Source: a candidate division WOR-3 bacterium
Lineage (GTDB): Bacteria > Hydrothermota > Tepidihabitantia > Tepidihabitantales > JAOUPE01
Reading direction: 5' to 3'
Assembly (NCBI GenBank): GCA_039801565.1
Contig: JBDRUX010000032.1
Span: forward strand, 1-21,953
DNA: 21,953 bases
The position numbers were made by a program, and so were the translations under genes. Shown here one piece after another: positions 1 to 8,358 of the stretch (positions within the stretch are counted from its first letter, which is position 1; each line of letters begins with the position of its first letter). The notes under the pieces are model-generated. The model ran no database searches and was not told the DNA's origin. It was given only the letters and a program-made list of their open reading frames with translations.

Positions 1-888
1 TTTGACCCTACGTCCTGAGAAATTCATAATTCGCCTCTTCACAGTGGCCCTTACTGCATCCAGCAACAATTTTCCAAAACCACTCACCCCACCGCCAATA
101 ATGATTACCGCCGGGTCAAGTAATGAAATGATATTAGCGACACCGATACCAAGATAATGACCAGTTTCTTCCACTATTGCTTTAGCTAATTGGTCGCCCT
201 GTTTTGCTGCCCAGCAGATAATTTTCGGAGTAATTAGCGCTGGTTGGGTACGGAATTGGCTAAGATAGCTACTCTTGGTTGATTTTTTAGATTTTAACTT
301 GCTTATTGTCCGTGCCACAATATACGAAGCACCGACATACCTTTCCAAGCAGCCGTGGTTGCCGCACTTACATTTCGGTCCTTTGGGATTGATTGTGGTG
401 TGACCAATTTCGCCAGCTGCCTGATTCCAGCCGAGCCATAATTTACCGTGTAAGACCATTCCGCCGCCAACACCGGTTCCTAAAGTGATTGCAAAAAGGT
501 TATCGCTCTTTCGACCGGCACCAAAACAGTATTCCCCCAAAACAAAGGCATTAGCATCATTGCCGACAAAAACTGGTATTTTTAATTCATTTTCTAACCA
601 AGTCTTCAATGGAATATCCTGCCAATTGGGCAGATTCGGTGAAAAGTGAACAATTCCTTTTTTATGGTCAATCAGACCAGCACAACCGATGCCGATTTGG
701 CGAATTTTATCCCTTGCGAACAATTGTTTCAGTTCCTTCAAACAATTTATCATTCGGGTAATGGTTAATTCTGGTCCTTGTTCGGCTTGGGTTAGAATGT
801 TTCGCCGGTAAATTATTTTACCTTGGACTGTAACCAAACCAAATTTGATATTGGTGCCACCTAAGTCGATGCCAATACTTAGCTTCAA
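1..888 (-). CDS. ROK family sugar kinase (glucokinase-like), 3' end outside window
   Basis: Translated manually (not in ORF track because it is open at the window edge). TTG start at 888 overlaps the upstream stop (TTGA). N-terminus MKLSIGIDLGGTNIKF; motifs NDANA, ITLGTGVGGG, AGEIGHTTI and CKCGNHGCLE (ROK Zn motif). Confidence 0.92.
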   Translation of the reverse strand, partial: MKLSIGIDLGGTNIKFGLVTVQGKIIYRRNILTQAEQGPELTITRMINCLKELKQLFARDKIRQIGIGCAGLIDHKKGIVHFSPNLPNWQDIPLKTWLENELKIPVFVGNDANAFVLGEYCFGAGRKSDNLFAITLGTGVGGGMVLHGKLWLGWNQAAGEIGHTTINPKGPKCKCGNHGCLERYVGASYIVARTISKLKSKKSTKSSYLSQFRTQPALITPKIICWAAKQGDQLAKAIVEETGHYLGIGVANIISLLDPAVIIIGGGVSGFGKLLLDAVRATVKRRIMNFSGRRVK

Positions 889-2093
889 GTTGTCAATCTT
901 CGATAGAGATAACGAATCAATTTTTCGTAGTTCTTAGTTAAAAGGACATTGCGCCGTGCCATCATTGCTTTTGCGGTCTTTAGGACTTCGTCAATTTTCC
1001 AACGTTTCTTGCCACCCCAACTGAATGAAGGGACCGTCTTCGGTGTCAAGCCAGGAAAAAAGACATTGGCAAAGATACCGATTACCGTACCGGTATTAAT
1101 CAAGGTACCAATGGCGATTTTAGTGTGGTCGCCAATAAAACAACCAAGTTTGACGCTACCGGAATCAATCACTTGTTTACCCAGGGTTACCTTAACTGAA
1201 CCGTAATCGTTGCGCAAATCGGAATTAGAAGTTCCCGCACCGATATTGACCCACTCTCCAATATAAGAATGGCCTAAGAAGCCGTCATGGTGTTTATTAG
1301 AAAATCCTTGAAAGATCGAAGCCTCTACCTCACCGCCAATTCGACAGTTCTCGCCAAAAGAACAATTTGGGCGAATTTTGGCACTATCAATTATCGTATT
1401 TTTACCAATATAACAAGGTCCTTCAACCAGACTTAATGGTCTAATTGTTGCCCCACGGTCGAGATAAATCGGACCAGCGTGGAGATTTAAGATTACCCCT
1501 GGTTCGACTTTACTCTCGGCTTCGAGATAGAGTCTACTCAAGTCACCATAGATTATTGCTCGTGGTTCCAAGGTTCCTTTCACTTGCCCACCGGGGAAAT
1601 CTTTTTTTAGAAATTCGACATTTAAAGCAATTAAATCCCAAAGAAATTTGATTGACTTAGCCTTTATTTCTCTTGGTTTCAATTTAGACTTGGCAATTGT
1701 TTTAGGTGCAATGGGAAATTTTAGTCCTTTCGGTTTTATTCGGAATCCAATCACTTCTGGTTGGGTAGTTTGCGTTTTCGGTGTAATAAAAAGTTCCTCG
1801 TCCCCTGCCACCGGAATCTCAGCTTCTAATAATGACCGGGCGGATAAAAAGAGTAACGGTTTATCGCTATCAGGGATTTTGGATTTTAAATCTTGAACCT
1901 TATATTGCGGATTTTTTTCCTTGGTGATTGCCACCAAATGGTCTCGCACCAAAAGTACTACCTCTTCATTGGGATAAAACCGTTGAATCCGTTCCAGGAT
2001 AGTAAAGTTGCCACAGCGCAATTCAAATACTGGTCGGGTAAGGACCAATGGCAATAGATTCTCAAATCCTTGGTCTTCGTAAACAAAAATCAT
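885..2093 (-). CDS. GlmU-like putative sugar nucleotidyltransferase with left-handed beta-helix domain
   Basis: N-terminal LLPLVLTRPVFELRCG nucleotidyltransferase-like segment; hexapeptide repeats (GPCYIGKNTII, GHSYIGEWVNIGAGT, GCFIGDHTKIAIGT). Confidence 0.85.
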   Translation of the reverse strand: MIFVYEDQGFENLLPLVLTRPVFELRCGNFTILERIQRFYPNEEVVLLVRDHLVAITKEKNPQYKVQDLKSKIPDSDKPLLFLSARSLLEAEIPVAGDEELFITPKTQTTQPEVIGFRIKPKGLKFPIAPKTIAKSKLKPREIKAKSIKFLWDLIALNVEFLKKDFPGGQVKGTLEPRAIIYGDLSRLYLEAESKVEPGVILNLHAGPIYLDRGATIRPLSLVEGPCYIGKNTIIDSAKIRPNCSFGENCRIGGEVEASIFQGFSNKHHDGFLGHSYIGEWVNIGAGTSNSDLRNDYGSVKVTLGKQVIDSGSVKLGCFIGDHTKIAIGTLINTGTVIGIFANVFFPGLTPKTVPSFSWGGKKRWKIDEVLKTAKAMMARRNVLLTKNYEKLIRYLYRRLTT

Positions 2094-2099
2094 AAAAGC

Positions 2100-2127
2100 A
2101 ATATACCAACTAAAGAATCAATGTCAA
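2100..2127 (-). promoter_or_regulatory. sigma70-type promoter, probably leaderless
   Basis: Minus strand TTGACA (2127-2122), 16 nt, TATATT (2105-2100), 6 nt, ATG (2093); no SD. Confidence 0.7.
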
Positions 2128-2144
2128 GGCGATTAATTTTTTTT

Positions 2145-2480
2145 CAAAAACTTTCGGTAAACCTTTAGGATTGAATAGACCTTGCAATTTCAGGTATTAA
2201 CTCAGGCATCAAAAATCCCAATCACCTGATTGAATGCTAATCCATTATGGAAGCCAGTCTAAGAAGTAACTTTCTAGACAGCCTGCAGGGTAATTCCCCA
2301 GGTGCTCCCTTCATTAGCTCCCCAACTACTTTCTAACTTACCCCCTAACCCACTTCGGGATTCGCCTCCAAAATTATTCCTGAACCTGCTTACCAACCAA
2401 TCCCTGAATTAACCTATGGAGCAACTTCCCAGGCAATCAACCGGACAACTTGGGGGACAGCCTACGGGCCATACCCCCTC
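2145..2480. repeat. Degenerate 12-bp-period tandem array (~28 units), apparently non-coding
   Basis: Consecutive 12-mers, e.g. actactttctaa/cttaccccctaa/cccacttcggga/ttcgcctccaaa/attattcctgaa/cctgcttaccaa/ccaatccctgaa/ttaacctatgga and gcaacttcccag/gcaatcaaccgg/acaacttggggg/acagcctacggg. C-rich strand bias. All six frames contain stops. Confidence 0.55.
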
Positions 2481-2490
2481 CCGAAGTGGA

Positions 2491-2565
2491 ATTTGATATA
2501 AGACATTAAGATATCAAATAGTTAAAAGAAATTTCGGCTTGGTTTTTGTGTTAGTTTTAACTAAC
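2491..2565. promoter_or_regulatory. Two inverted repeats upstream of XRE-HTH gene (candidate operators)
   Basis: ATTTGATAT-N11-ATATCAAAT (2491-2519) and GTTAGTT-TT-AACTAAC (2550-2565); both have perfect arms. Confidence 0.45.
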
Positions 2566-2573
2566 CTTTTGTG

Positions 2574-2912
2574 ATGTTGGTTTTTTCTCAAAAAATAGCG
2601 GAAAAGCTTAAGGTATTATGAAAAAGGGCTAATTTGACCCAACGGGACGTTGCTGATCGGTTAGGTTTAAAAGTAACCTATGGACGGAATTTTACTGCCC
2701 ACTTCGAAAACGGACTTATCCCAAATCCAAGTTTGCGAACAGTTCTTGACTATCTTCGAATTTGCGGTATTCGTAGGTTAAATTTTTTAGATGCAATTGA
2801 TTTTAAAAGTTTATGGCAAAACTGTCAACACCGCTCGATTCCGATTCAGAGAAAGGGTCGGCTCGACCAACCGAAAGGAAGATTAAATTGGAACTCAAAG
2901 GATAAAGTATAA
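2574..2912 (+). pseudogene. XRE-family helix-turn-helix regulator, disrupted
   Basis: ATG at 2574 reads MLVFSQKIAEKLKVL*KRANLTQRDVADRLG...FENGLIPNPSLRTVLDYLRICG. The in-frame TGA at 2619-2621 falls where the conserved Arg of the LxxxR helix is expected (probably CGA>TGA). Confidence 0.75.
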
Positions 2913-3024
2913 ATTGCCCGGTCCTGAAAAACAAAACTCTCCCACCTATTTAACTTTATGGTCTCATTCCGGTTTTGGGGATATAATTGCATCCCGATTT
3001 TGAGTTTGATTCAGGGCTATCAGT

Positions 3025-3052
3025 GAACCTTCCTCTAAGGAGTGGGTTTTTT
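3025..3052 (+). terminator. Possible intrinsic terminator (imperfect hairpin plus T-run)
   Basis: gaaccttcct-ctaa-ggagtgggtt followed by a T-run, just before the next -35 box. Confidence 0.3.
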
Positions 3053-3054
3053 CG

Positions 3055-3083
3055 TTGACAGATGATAATTTTTCGGTTAAGGT
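3055..3083 (+). promoter_or_regulatory. sigma70-type promoter for SBBP protein
   Basis: TTGACA (3055-3060), 17 nt, TAAGGT (3078-3083); SD GGAGG at 3096-3100. Confidence 0.5.
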
Positions 3084-3105
3084 TTTTAAAAACACGGAGG
3101 CAATT

Positions 3106-5616
3106 ATGCGAAATTATCAAAAGGTAATCTCAATCATCACCTTAACCCTTTTCGGCTTTGGATTTTCCGAAAATGAAACCACTACACAAAATATTCGGTA
3201 CTGGCTGAATACTAATACTTATAAAGGGTTCGAACCAAATCTCGGTCAGGTGGGTGACTTTTCAGGCAAGTCGGTGGATAAGGTGCTATTTAGCACAAGT
3301 GATAACGGACTTGGCGTATTTGTTACCGAGACCGGAGTCAGTTATGTGATTTACCGACCCGAGCGAATAATCAAAGAGTACGATAGCCAAACTTTAAAAG
3401 AACACCGTCTCGAAGAAGAAAAACTTCATTATGCCCGGGTTGATTTGCAATTGATAAATGCTAACATTGCCAAAGAAAAAGTCGTCTATGATGATGAACT
3501 GCCTGGTTACTCAAACTACTACTTATCCCATTGTCCTAATGGTATTCTGTTTGTAAAGTCCTACCAAAAGATAAGGATAAAAGAGATTTATCCGAAGATT
3601 GATTGGGTATGGAAATACGAGGACGGAATTTTACATCATGAATTCGAAGTTGCTCCGGACGCTAAAATTGAAGATATTAAATTAAAAGTGAAATGGGCTG
3701 ATGTTGAAGTAAAAGATGGCAACCAAATTTTGTTCAAGACTCCGCTTGGTGAAATCCAAGATGGTAGGATTCGAGTTTATGAAGGGAAAGCTGAAAGGGC
3801 TGTTCAGTACCAACTTGAAGATGGCTTAATTACCTTTTCGGTCAAAGGCTGGCAGAGAAAAGAGAGTTTAATAATTGACCCACCTTTATCACTGCTCTGG
3901 GCGACTTATTATGGTGGGTCGTTAATGGATTGGGGGTTTTCAATTACGAGTGATGATTCAGGCAATATTTTCTTAACCGGTGAAACTCGCTCCGACGATT
4001 TTCCAACTTATAACCCAGGTGGCGGTGCTTATTATCAAGGAACCACCGGAGGCGGTGCTGATGTTTTTATTTTGAAGTTTAACAATCAAGGGGTCCGGTT
4101 GTGGGCAAGTTATTACGGCGGCAATTATTCGGATGTTGGTTATTCAATCACAACCGATGCTATCGGCAATATTTTTGTAATTGGCTCAACTTTGTCTGAT
4201 AACTTTCCAATCTATAATCCTGGTGGCGGGGCTTATTATCAAGAAAATAACGCAGGCTCGCATGATGGTTTTATTTTAAAATTCAACAATCAAGGCCTTC
4301 GTTTATGGGCTACTTATTATGGCGGAAGTGGTATTGATTTAGCCTACTCGGTTAAAACTGATAGTTTAGGAAATCTTTTTGTTGCCGGAACTACATTATC
4401 CAGTGATTTTCCAACCCAAAATCCTGGTGGTGGGGCTTATTATCAAGGAAACAATGCTGGTGGTTATGATATTTTCATTTTAAAGTTCAACAATCAAGGC
4501 GCGCGCTTATGGGCTACTTACTATGGCGGAAGTGATTATGACGGCTACTGGCGGGTTGCTATTACCACTGATATTTCAGGTAATATTTTTCTTACCGGTG
4601 AAACCAAATCACTGGATCTTCCGATTTATAATCCAGGTGGCGGTGTCTATTATCAGGGAAATAATGCCGGATTAATGGATGCTTTCATCTTAAAGTTCAA
4701 CAATCAAGGTGTCCGTTTGTGGGCAACTTATTATGGTGGAAGTAATGATGACCAAGGTTGGCCAATTACATCTGATGCTTCGGGCAATATTTTTGTGGCT
4801 GGATTGACCTTCTCAGAAAATTTTCCAACTCATAATCCAGGTGGCGGCGCCTATTATCAGGGAACCAATCGCGGCAGTGCTGATATTTTCATCTTGAAAT
4901 TTGACAATCAAGGTGTGCGTTTATGGGCTACCTATTATGGCGGCAGTCTTTCTGATGTTGGCTATTCAATTGTAACTGATGTTTCAGGCAACCTTTTTGT
5001 AACCGGTTCAACTTTTTCGGAGAATCTTCCAACCTATAATCCAGGAAGCGGTGCCTATTATCAAGGTGCTAATGCTGGCTATTTTGATGCATTTATTATT
5101 GGTTTTAATAATCAAGGTAACCGTTTGTGGGCTACTTATTACGGCGGCAGTTCTTATGACCGAGGACATTCGATTACCACTGATGTTGTCGGTAATATCT
5201 TTGTAACCGGAGAGGTTAACTCGACTGACTTTCCAGTCTATAATCCTGGCGGTGGTGCTTATTATCAGGGGACCAATTCAGGAAATTATGATGCATTCAT
5301 TGCCAAATTTGAAAGAGCACCAATTGGTATCGCCGAAAATAAAACAGTCAGGATTGAGCATGAATTGCTTTTGGTTCCTTTATTCTTTGATGATGCAATT
5401 GAGCTAAGGCATAACGGTCTAAAACCGAGTTTAATTGAAGTTCGTCTTTATAATTCCTTAGGAAACAATGTATTCACTCGGGTTTATCCTAATCAAGAGC
5501 GAATATTGATATCAGGAGCTGAGCTTCAAACTTTGCCAACTGGTGCCTATTTCCTTTTCGTCTATATGGGCAGCAAGGAATTGGGCAAGGCAAAATTAAT
5601 CAAGTTAGAGCGGTAA
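3106..5616 (+). CDS. Secreted SBBP-repeat 7-bladed beta-propeller protein with T9SS-like C-terminal tail
   Basis: Start moved to ATG 3106 (GGAGG SD). Signal-peptide-like N-terminus, FEPNLGQ N-domain ending in IIDP, seven WATYYGG...D.GNIF..G.T.S..FP repeats, C-terminal LYNSLG...LPTGAYFL...KLIK. Confidence 0.88.
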   Translation: MRNYQKVISIITLTLFGFGFSENETTTQNIRYWLNTNTYKGFEPNLGQVGDFSGKSVDKVLFSTSDNGLGVFVTETGVSYVIYRPERIIKEYDSQTLKEHRLEEEKLHYARVDLQLINANIAKEKVVYDDELPGYSNYYLSHCPNGILFVKSYQKIRIKEIYPKIDWVWKYEDGILHHEFEVAPDAKIEDIKLKVKWADVEVKDGNQILFKTPLGEIQDGRIRVYEGKAERAVQYQLEDGLITFSVKGWQRKESLIIDPPLSLLWATYYGGSLMDWGFSITSDDSGNIFLTGETRSDDFPTYNPGGGAYYQGTTGGGADVFILKFNNQGVRLWASYYGGNYSDVGYSITTDAIGNIFVIGSTLSDNFPIYNPGGGAYYQENNAGSHDGFILKFNNQGLRLWATYYGGSGIDLAYSVKTDSLGNLFVAGTTLSSDFPTQNPGGGAYYQGNNAGGYDIFILKFNNQGARLWATYYGGSDYDGYWRVAITTDISGNIFLTGETKSLDLPIYNPGGGVYYQGNNAGLMDAFILKFNNQGVRLWATYYGGSNDDQGWPITSDASGNIFVAGLTFSENFPTHNPGGGAYYQGTNRGSADIFILKFDNQGVRLWATYYGGSLSDVGYSIVTDVSGNLFVTGSTFSENLPTYNPGSGAYYQGANAGYFDAFIIGFNNQGNRLWATYYGGSSYDRGHSITTDVVGNIFVTGEVNSTDFPVYNPGGGAYYQGTNSGNYDAFIAKFERAPIGIAENKTVRIEHELLLVPLFFDDAIELRHNGLKPSLIEVRLYNSLGNNVFTRVYPNQERILISGAELQTLPTGAYFLFVYMGSKELGKAKLIKLER
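3898..5310 (+). repeat. Seven intragenic 204-bp (68-aa) repeats
   Basis: Trp codon of WA(T/S)YYGG at 3898, 4102, 4306, 4510, 4720, 4924 and 5128 (period 204 nt, one of 210). Confidence 0.9.
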
Positions 5617-5698
5617 CTTAAATTCTTTCGCCTATTTTAATCGCTATTTTTTCTTAAAGTTAAATATCAGTGGGCTTAAATTATAGTTAGATTTTTGG

Positions 5699-5724
5699 TT
5701 GACATTCTATTTTTTTTGTATAAT
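5699..5724 (+). promoter_or_regulatory. Promoter-like TTGACA/TATAAT pair with short poly-T spacer
   Basis: TTGACA 5699-5704, 14-nt spacer containing T8 (5710-5717), TATAAT 5719-5724; SD GGAGGT downstream. Confidence 0.5.
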
Positions 5725-5748
5725 TCTTTAAAAAGATTGGAGGTAAAG

Positions 5749-7071
5749 ATGTTAAAGTTGCTCTTTTTAATTTTAGTTATCGCAAGTTCAGCGCTTTCCC
5801 AGAGCCTTACTTGGCTCGGGTCATTAGAAACGCCTTATGCTGAGGCACACGGAGTTTCTGATGATGGTCGGGTGGTAGCAGGATGGGCTGGCGTTTACAG
5901 TCCACATCGTGCTTGGCGCTGGACACCCTTTACCGGAATGCAAGACATCGGTTCTTTGGCTTCTGGACGCGATGCGGAAGCCTGGGGACTATCTGCTAAT
6001 GGCCAAGTCATTGTTGGCTATGGTTTCATCGGAACTGGCAATGTTTATCGTGGCTTTCGCTGGGAGAACGACAGTATGTATCAGTTCGGCACTTTTGGTG
6101 GAAGCGTAAGTTGGGCTTATGCTGCTTCTTTTGATGGTTCGGTTGTTGCCGGTAGTGCTGAACATAGTAGCGGGTATAATCACGCCTTTCGGTGGACACC
6201 TGATTCTGGTATGCAAGACCTTGGAGTACTTCCTGGCGCACTTCGTAGCGTTGCACGGGGCATCTCAGCTGATGGCAGAGTTGTAGTCGGTTGGTCAGGC
6301 TTTGAAAATCAAATTCACCATGCCTTTCGTTGGGAAAATGGCGTTATGACCGACATTCACAACCCGGCGTTGTATGGAAGCGAAGCATTGGGAGTTTCAG
6401 ATGACGGAAATGTGGTGGTCGGGGCTTGGGGACCAAATATGTTGACGCCTGCCCGTGCCTTTCGTTGGACTGCCGCTACTGGGATGTATGACCTTGGCAC
6501 ATTGGGTGGCGAATGGAGCGAAGCTTGGGATGCAAATAGTGACGGCAGTATCGTTGTCGGATGGGCAGAGCGTTCTCAAGGCAACTGGGGTGCTTTCCGC
6601 TGGACCGAACCGACCGGAATGCAGGACCTAAATGTAGTTTATGCTAATCTTTTAACTCCGGGCTCGGTCCTGAGAGATGCGCTCGCTATCTCATCCAATG
6701 GCCGCTATATTGCCGGTAGAGGCTACAACGCAGTAACCGGGCGGGATGAGGCGTACTTGTTAGATACCCAAGGAGCAGATGTCACTGAAAAATCTAAAAA
6801 ATACACAGACGGATTTCACCTTCATCAGAATTCTCCTAATCCATTTAACCGAGTGACAACGATAAGTTATGAGATTCCTGTAAGAACAAATGTTAAACTG
6901 GTAGTTTGTGATGTTTTGGGACGCAAGATTGCCACTCTGGTAGATGAAGTGCAAGACGCTGGCAGATATAGTGTGAGGTTTACCGCTGATGATTTACCGA
7001 ACGATGTTTATTTCTATACCTTAATGACAAGTGAATCGGTTGATGCTAAAAGAATGTTATTACTTAAATAA
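5749..7071 (+). CDS. Secreted HAF-repeat (extracellular repeat) protein with T9SS-like C-terminal tail
   Basis: ATG 5749 after GGAGGT; signal peptide; repeats A.GVS.DG.VV.G...(H/R)AFRW....GM.DLG.L; tail QNSPNPFN...DVLGRKIATLV...VYFYTL...KRMLLLK. Confidence 0.88.
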   Translation: MLKLLFLILVIASSALSQSLTWLGSLETPYAEAHGVSDDGRVVAGWAGVYSPHRAWRWTPFTGMQDIGSLASGRDAEAWGLSANGQVIVGYGFIGTGNVYRGFRWENDSMYQFGTFGGSVSWAYAASFDGSVVAGSAEHSSGYNHAFRWTPDSGMQDLGVLPGALRSVARGISADGRVVVGWSGFENQIHHAFRWENGVMTDIHNPALYGSEALGVSDDGNVVVGAWGPNMLTPARAFRWTAATGMYDLGTLGGEWSEAWDANSDGSIVVGWAERSQGNWGAFRWTEPTGMQDLNVVYANLLTPGSVLRDALAISSNGRYIAGRGYNAVTGRDEAYLLDTQGADVTEKSKKYTDGFHLHQNSPNPFNRVTTISYEIPVRTNVKLVVCDVLGRKIATLVDEVQDAGRYSVRFTADDLPNDVYFYTLMTSESVDAKRMLLLK

Positions 7072-7096
7072 TCTACGAGACTTCGCTGAAATGATG

Positions 7097-7126
7097 ACCG
7101 GGCGGTGAACCCGCCCGGTTTTTTTT
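7097..7126 (+). terminator. Rho-independent terminator
   Basis: ACCGGGCGG-TGAAC-CCGCCCGGT perfect 9-bp stem followed by a T-run. Confidence 0.9.
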
Positions 7127-7148
7127 ATTTTTAGACAAAAATCTTTTC

Positions 7149-7176
7149 TTGACCACAACCAAATTCAGTCTAAAAT
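7149..7176 (+). promoter_or_regulatory. sigma70-type promoter for ispF operon, probably leaderless
   Basis: TTGACC, 16 nt, TAAAAT, 5 nt, GTG (7182). Confidence 0.65.
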
Positions 7177-7181
7177 GAAGT

Positions 7182-7670
7182 GTGCAGAAATCAAATTGGC
7201 GGATTGGTATCGGTTTCGATTCCCACCCTTTTGCTAAGAATCGAAAACTAATCTTGGGCGGAGTGGAAATACCATTCACCAAAGGGCTCTTCGGTCATTC
7301 CGATGCCGATGTGTTATGCCATAGTATTGCTGATGCGATTTTAGGCGCCTGCGGGCTAAAAGATATCGGCAACTATTTTCCAAATACGGATAAAAAATAT
7401 CAGAATATATCGAGTCTCAAAATTCTTGCCTCAGTTGCAAAAATGATGAGAGAAAAAGGGTTTGAAATAGTCAATATTGATACGACTCTAATCCTAAAAG
7501 AACCCAAAATTAGTCCTTATGTTGATAAGATGAAAGCAACCTTAGCAAAGATTTTGAAAGTTAATCCGGATTGCATTGGAATAAAAGCGAAGACCACTGA
7601 GGCACTTGGTTTTGTTCGTGTCAAATCCGGTATCGCCTGTTATGCAATAGCACTATTAGTTAACCAATGA
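7182..7670 (+). CDS. ispF: 2-C-methyl-D-erythritol 2,4-cyclodiphosphate synthase
   Basis: RIGIGFDSH, LILGGV, GHSDADVLCHSIADAILGA, DIG.YFP and KAKTTE motifs. Confidence 0.96.
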   Translation: MQKSNWRIGIGFDSHPFAKNRKLILGGVEIPFTKGLFGHSDADVLCHSIADAILGACGLKDIGNYFPNTDKKYQNISSLKILASVAKMMREKGFEIVNIDTTLILKEPKISPYVDKMKATLAKILKVNPDCIGIKAKTTEALGFVRVKSGIACYAIALLVNQ

Positions 7671-8335
7671 TTCCCTTAAAAGACGACATCCCCTCGCAAA
7701 AGAAACCGGTTGTAACCGTTACCTTAATTGTAATTAATGTTTTAGTTTTCATCTATCAACTCTCGTTAGGTCGAGAATTAAATTATACCTTTATTTACTA
7801 TTTTGGAATGGTTCCGAGAGATATTTTACTTGGGCATAATCTTTATACTTTATTCAGTTCAATGTTTATTCATGGTGGTTTCTGGCATATCTTAGGTAAT
7901 ATGCTTTATCTCTGGATTTTTGGTGATAATGTGGAAGACGCATTTGGACATTTTTGGTTTTTGATTATGTATCTTATTTCAGGTTTAGCGGGTAGTGCGA
8001 TTCATATTCTAACCTCGCTTGGTTCAAAGGTTCCCACGATTGGCGCTTCCGGTGCGATTTCCGGAGTCCTTGGCGCTTATTTTATTCTTTACCCCCGGGC
8101 ACAAGTTTTGGCTTTGGTGCCGGTCTTCTTTTTCATTAGATTTATGGCATTACCTGCTTTTTTATTTTTAGGTTTTTGGTTTATACTACAACTTTTGTAT
8201 GGAGCAGGTTCGCTTGGTGGTGGGGCTGGTGTTGCCTTTTTTGCTCATGTCGGCGGATTTATTGCTGGAGCCTTGTTAGCCCTTTTAGTGCGAAAACGAA
8301 TCCGCCGACGAAGAATCCGCTATGAAATATATTGA
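7667..8335 (+). CDS. Rhomboid family intramembrane serine protease
   Basis: MIPLKDD start, HGGFWHILGNMLYLWIFGDNVED, GASGAISG (catalytic Ser), AHVGGF (catalytic His); ATGA overlap with ispF. Confidence 0.95.
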   Translation: MIPLKDDIPSQKKPVVTVTLIVINVLVFIYQLSLGRELNYTFIYYFGMVPRDILLGHNLYTLFSSMFIHGGFWHILGNMLYLWIFGDNVEDAFGHFWFLIMYLISGLAGSAIHILTSLGSKVPTIGASGAISGVLGAYFILYPRAQVLALVPVFFFIRFMALPAFLFLGFWFILQLLYGAGSLGGGAGVAFFAHVGGFIAGALLALLVRKRIRRRRIRYEIY

Positions 8336-8358
8336 CCCTTCGGCGCAAATCCATAATA

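Noticed and set aside
2145..2480. CRISPR array
   Set aside because: No conserved 23-47 bp repeat with unique spacers, and no cas genes.
2619..2621. In-frame TGA in the XRE gene as selenocysteine or a recoded stop (code 4/25)
   Set aside because: The position corresponds to a conserved Arg (CGA>TGA). TGA terminates several genes here in ATGA/TTGA overlaps, and the rest of the gene also looks decayed.
3898..5310. Diversity-generating retroelement TR/VR pair
   Set aside because: The repeats are in-frame protein blades, differences are not adenine-specific, and there is no reverse transcriptase in the window.
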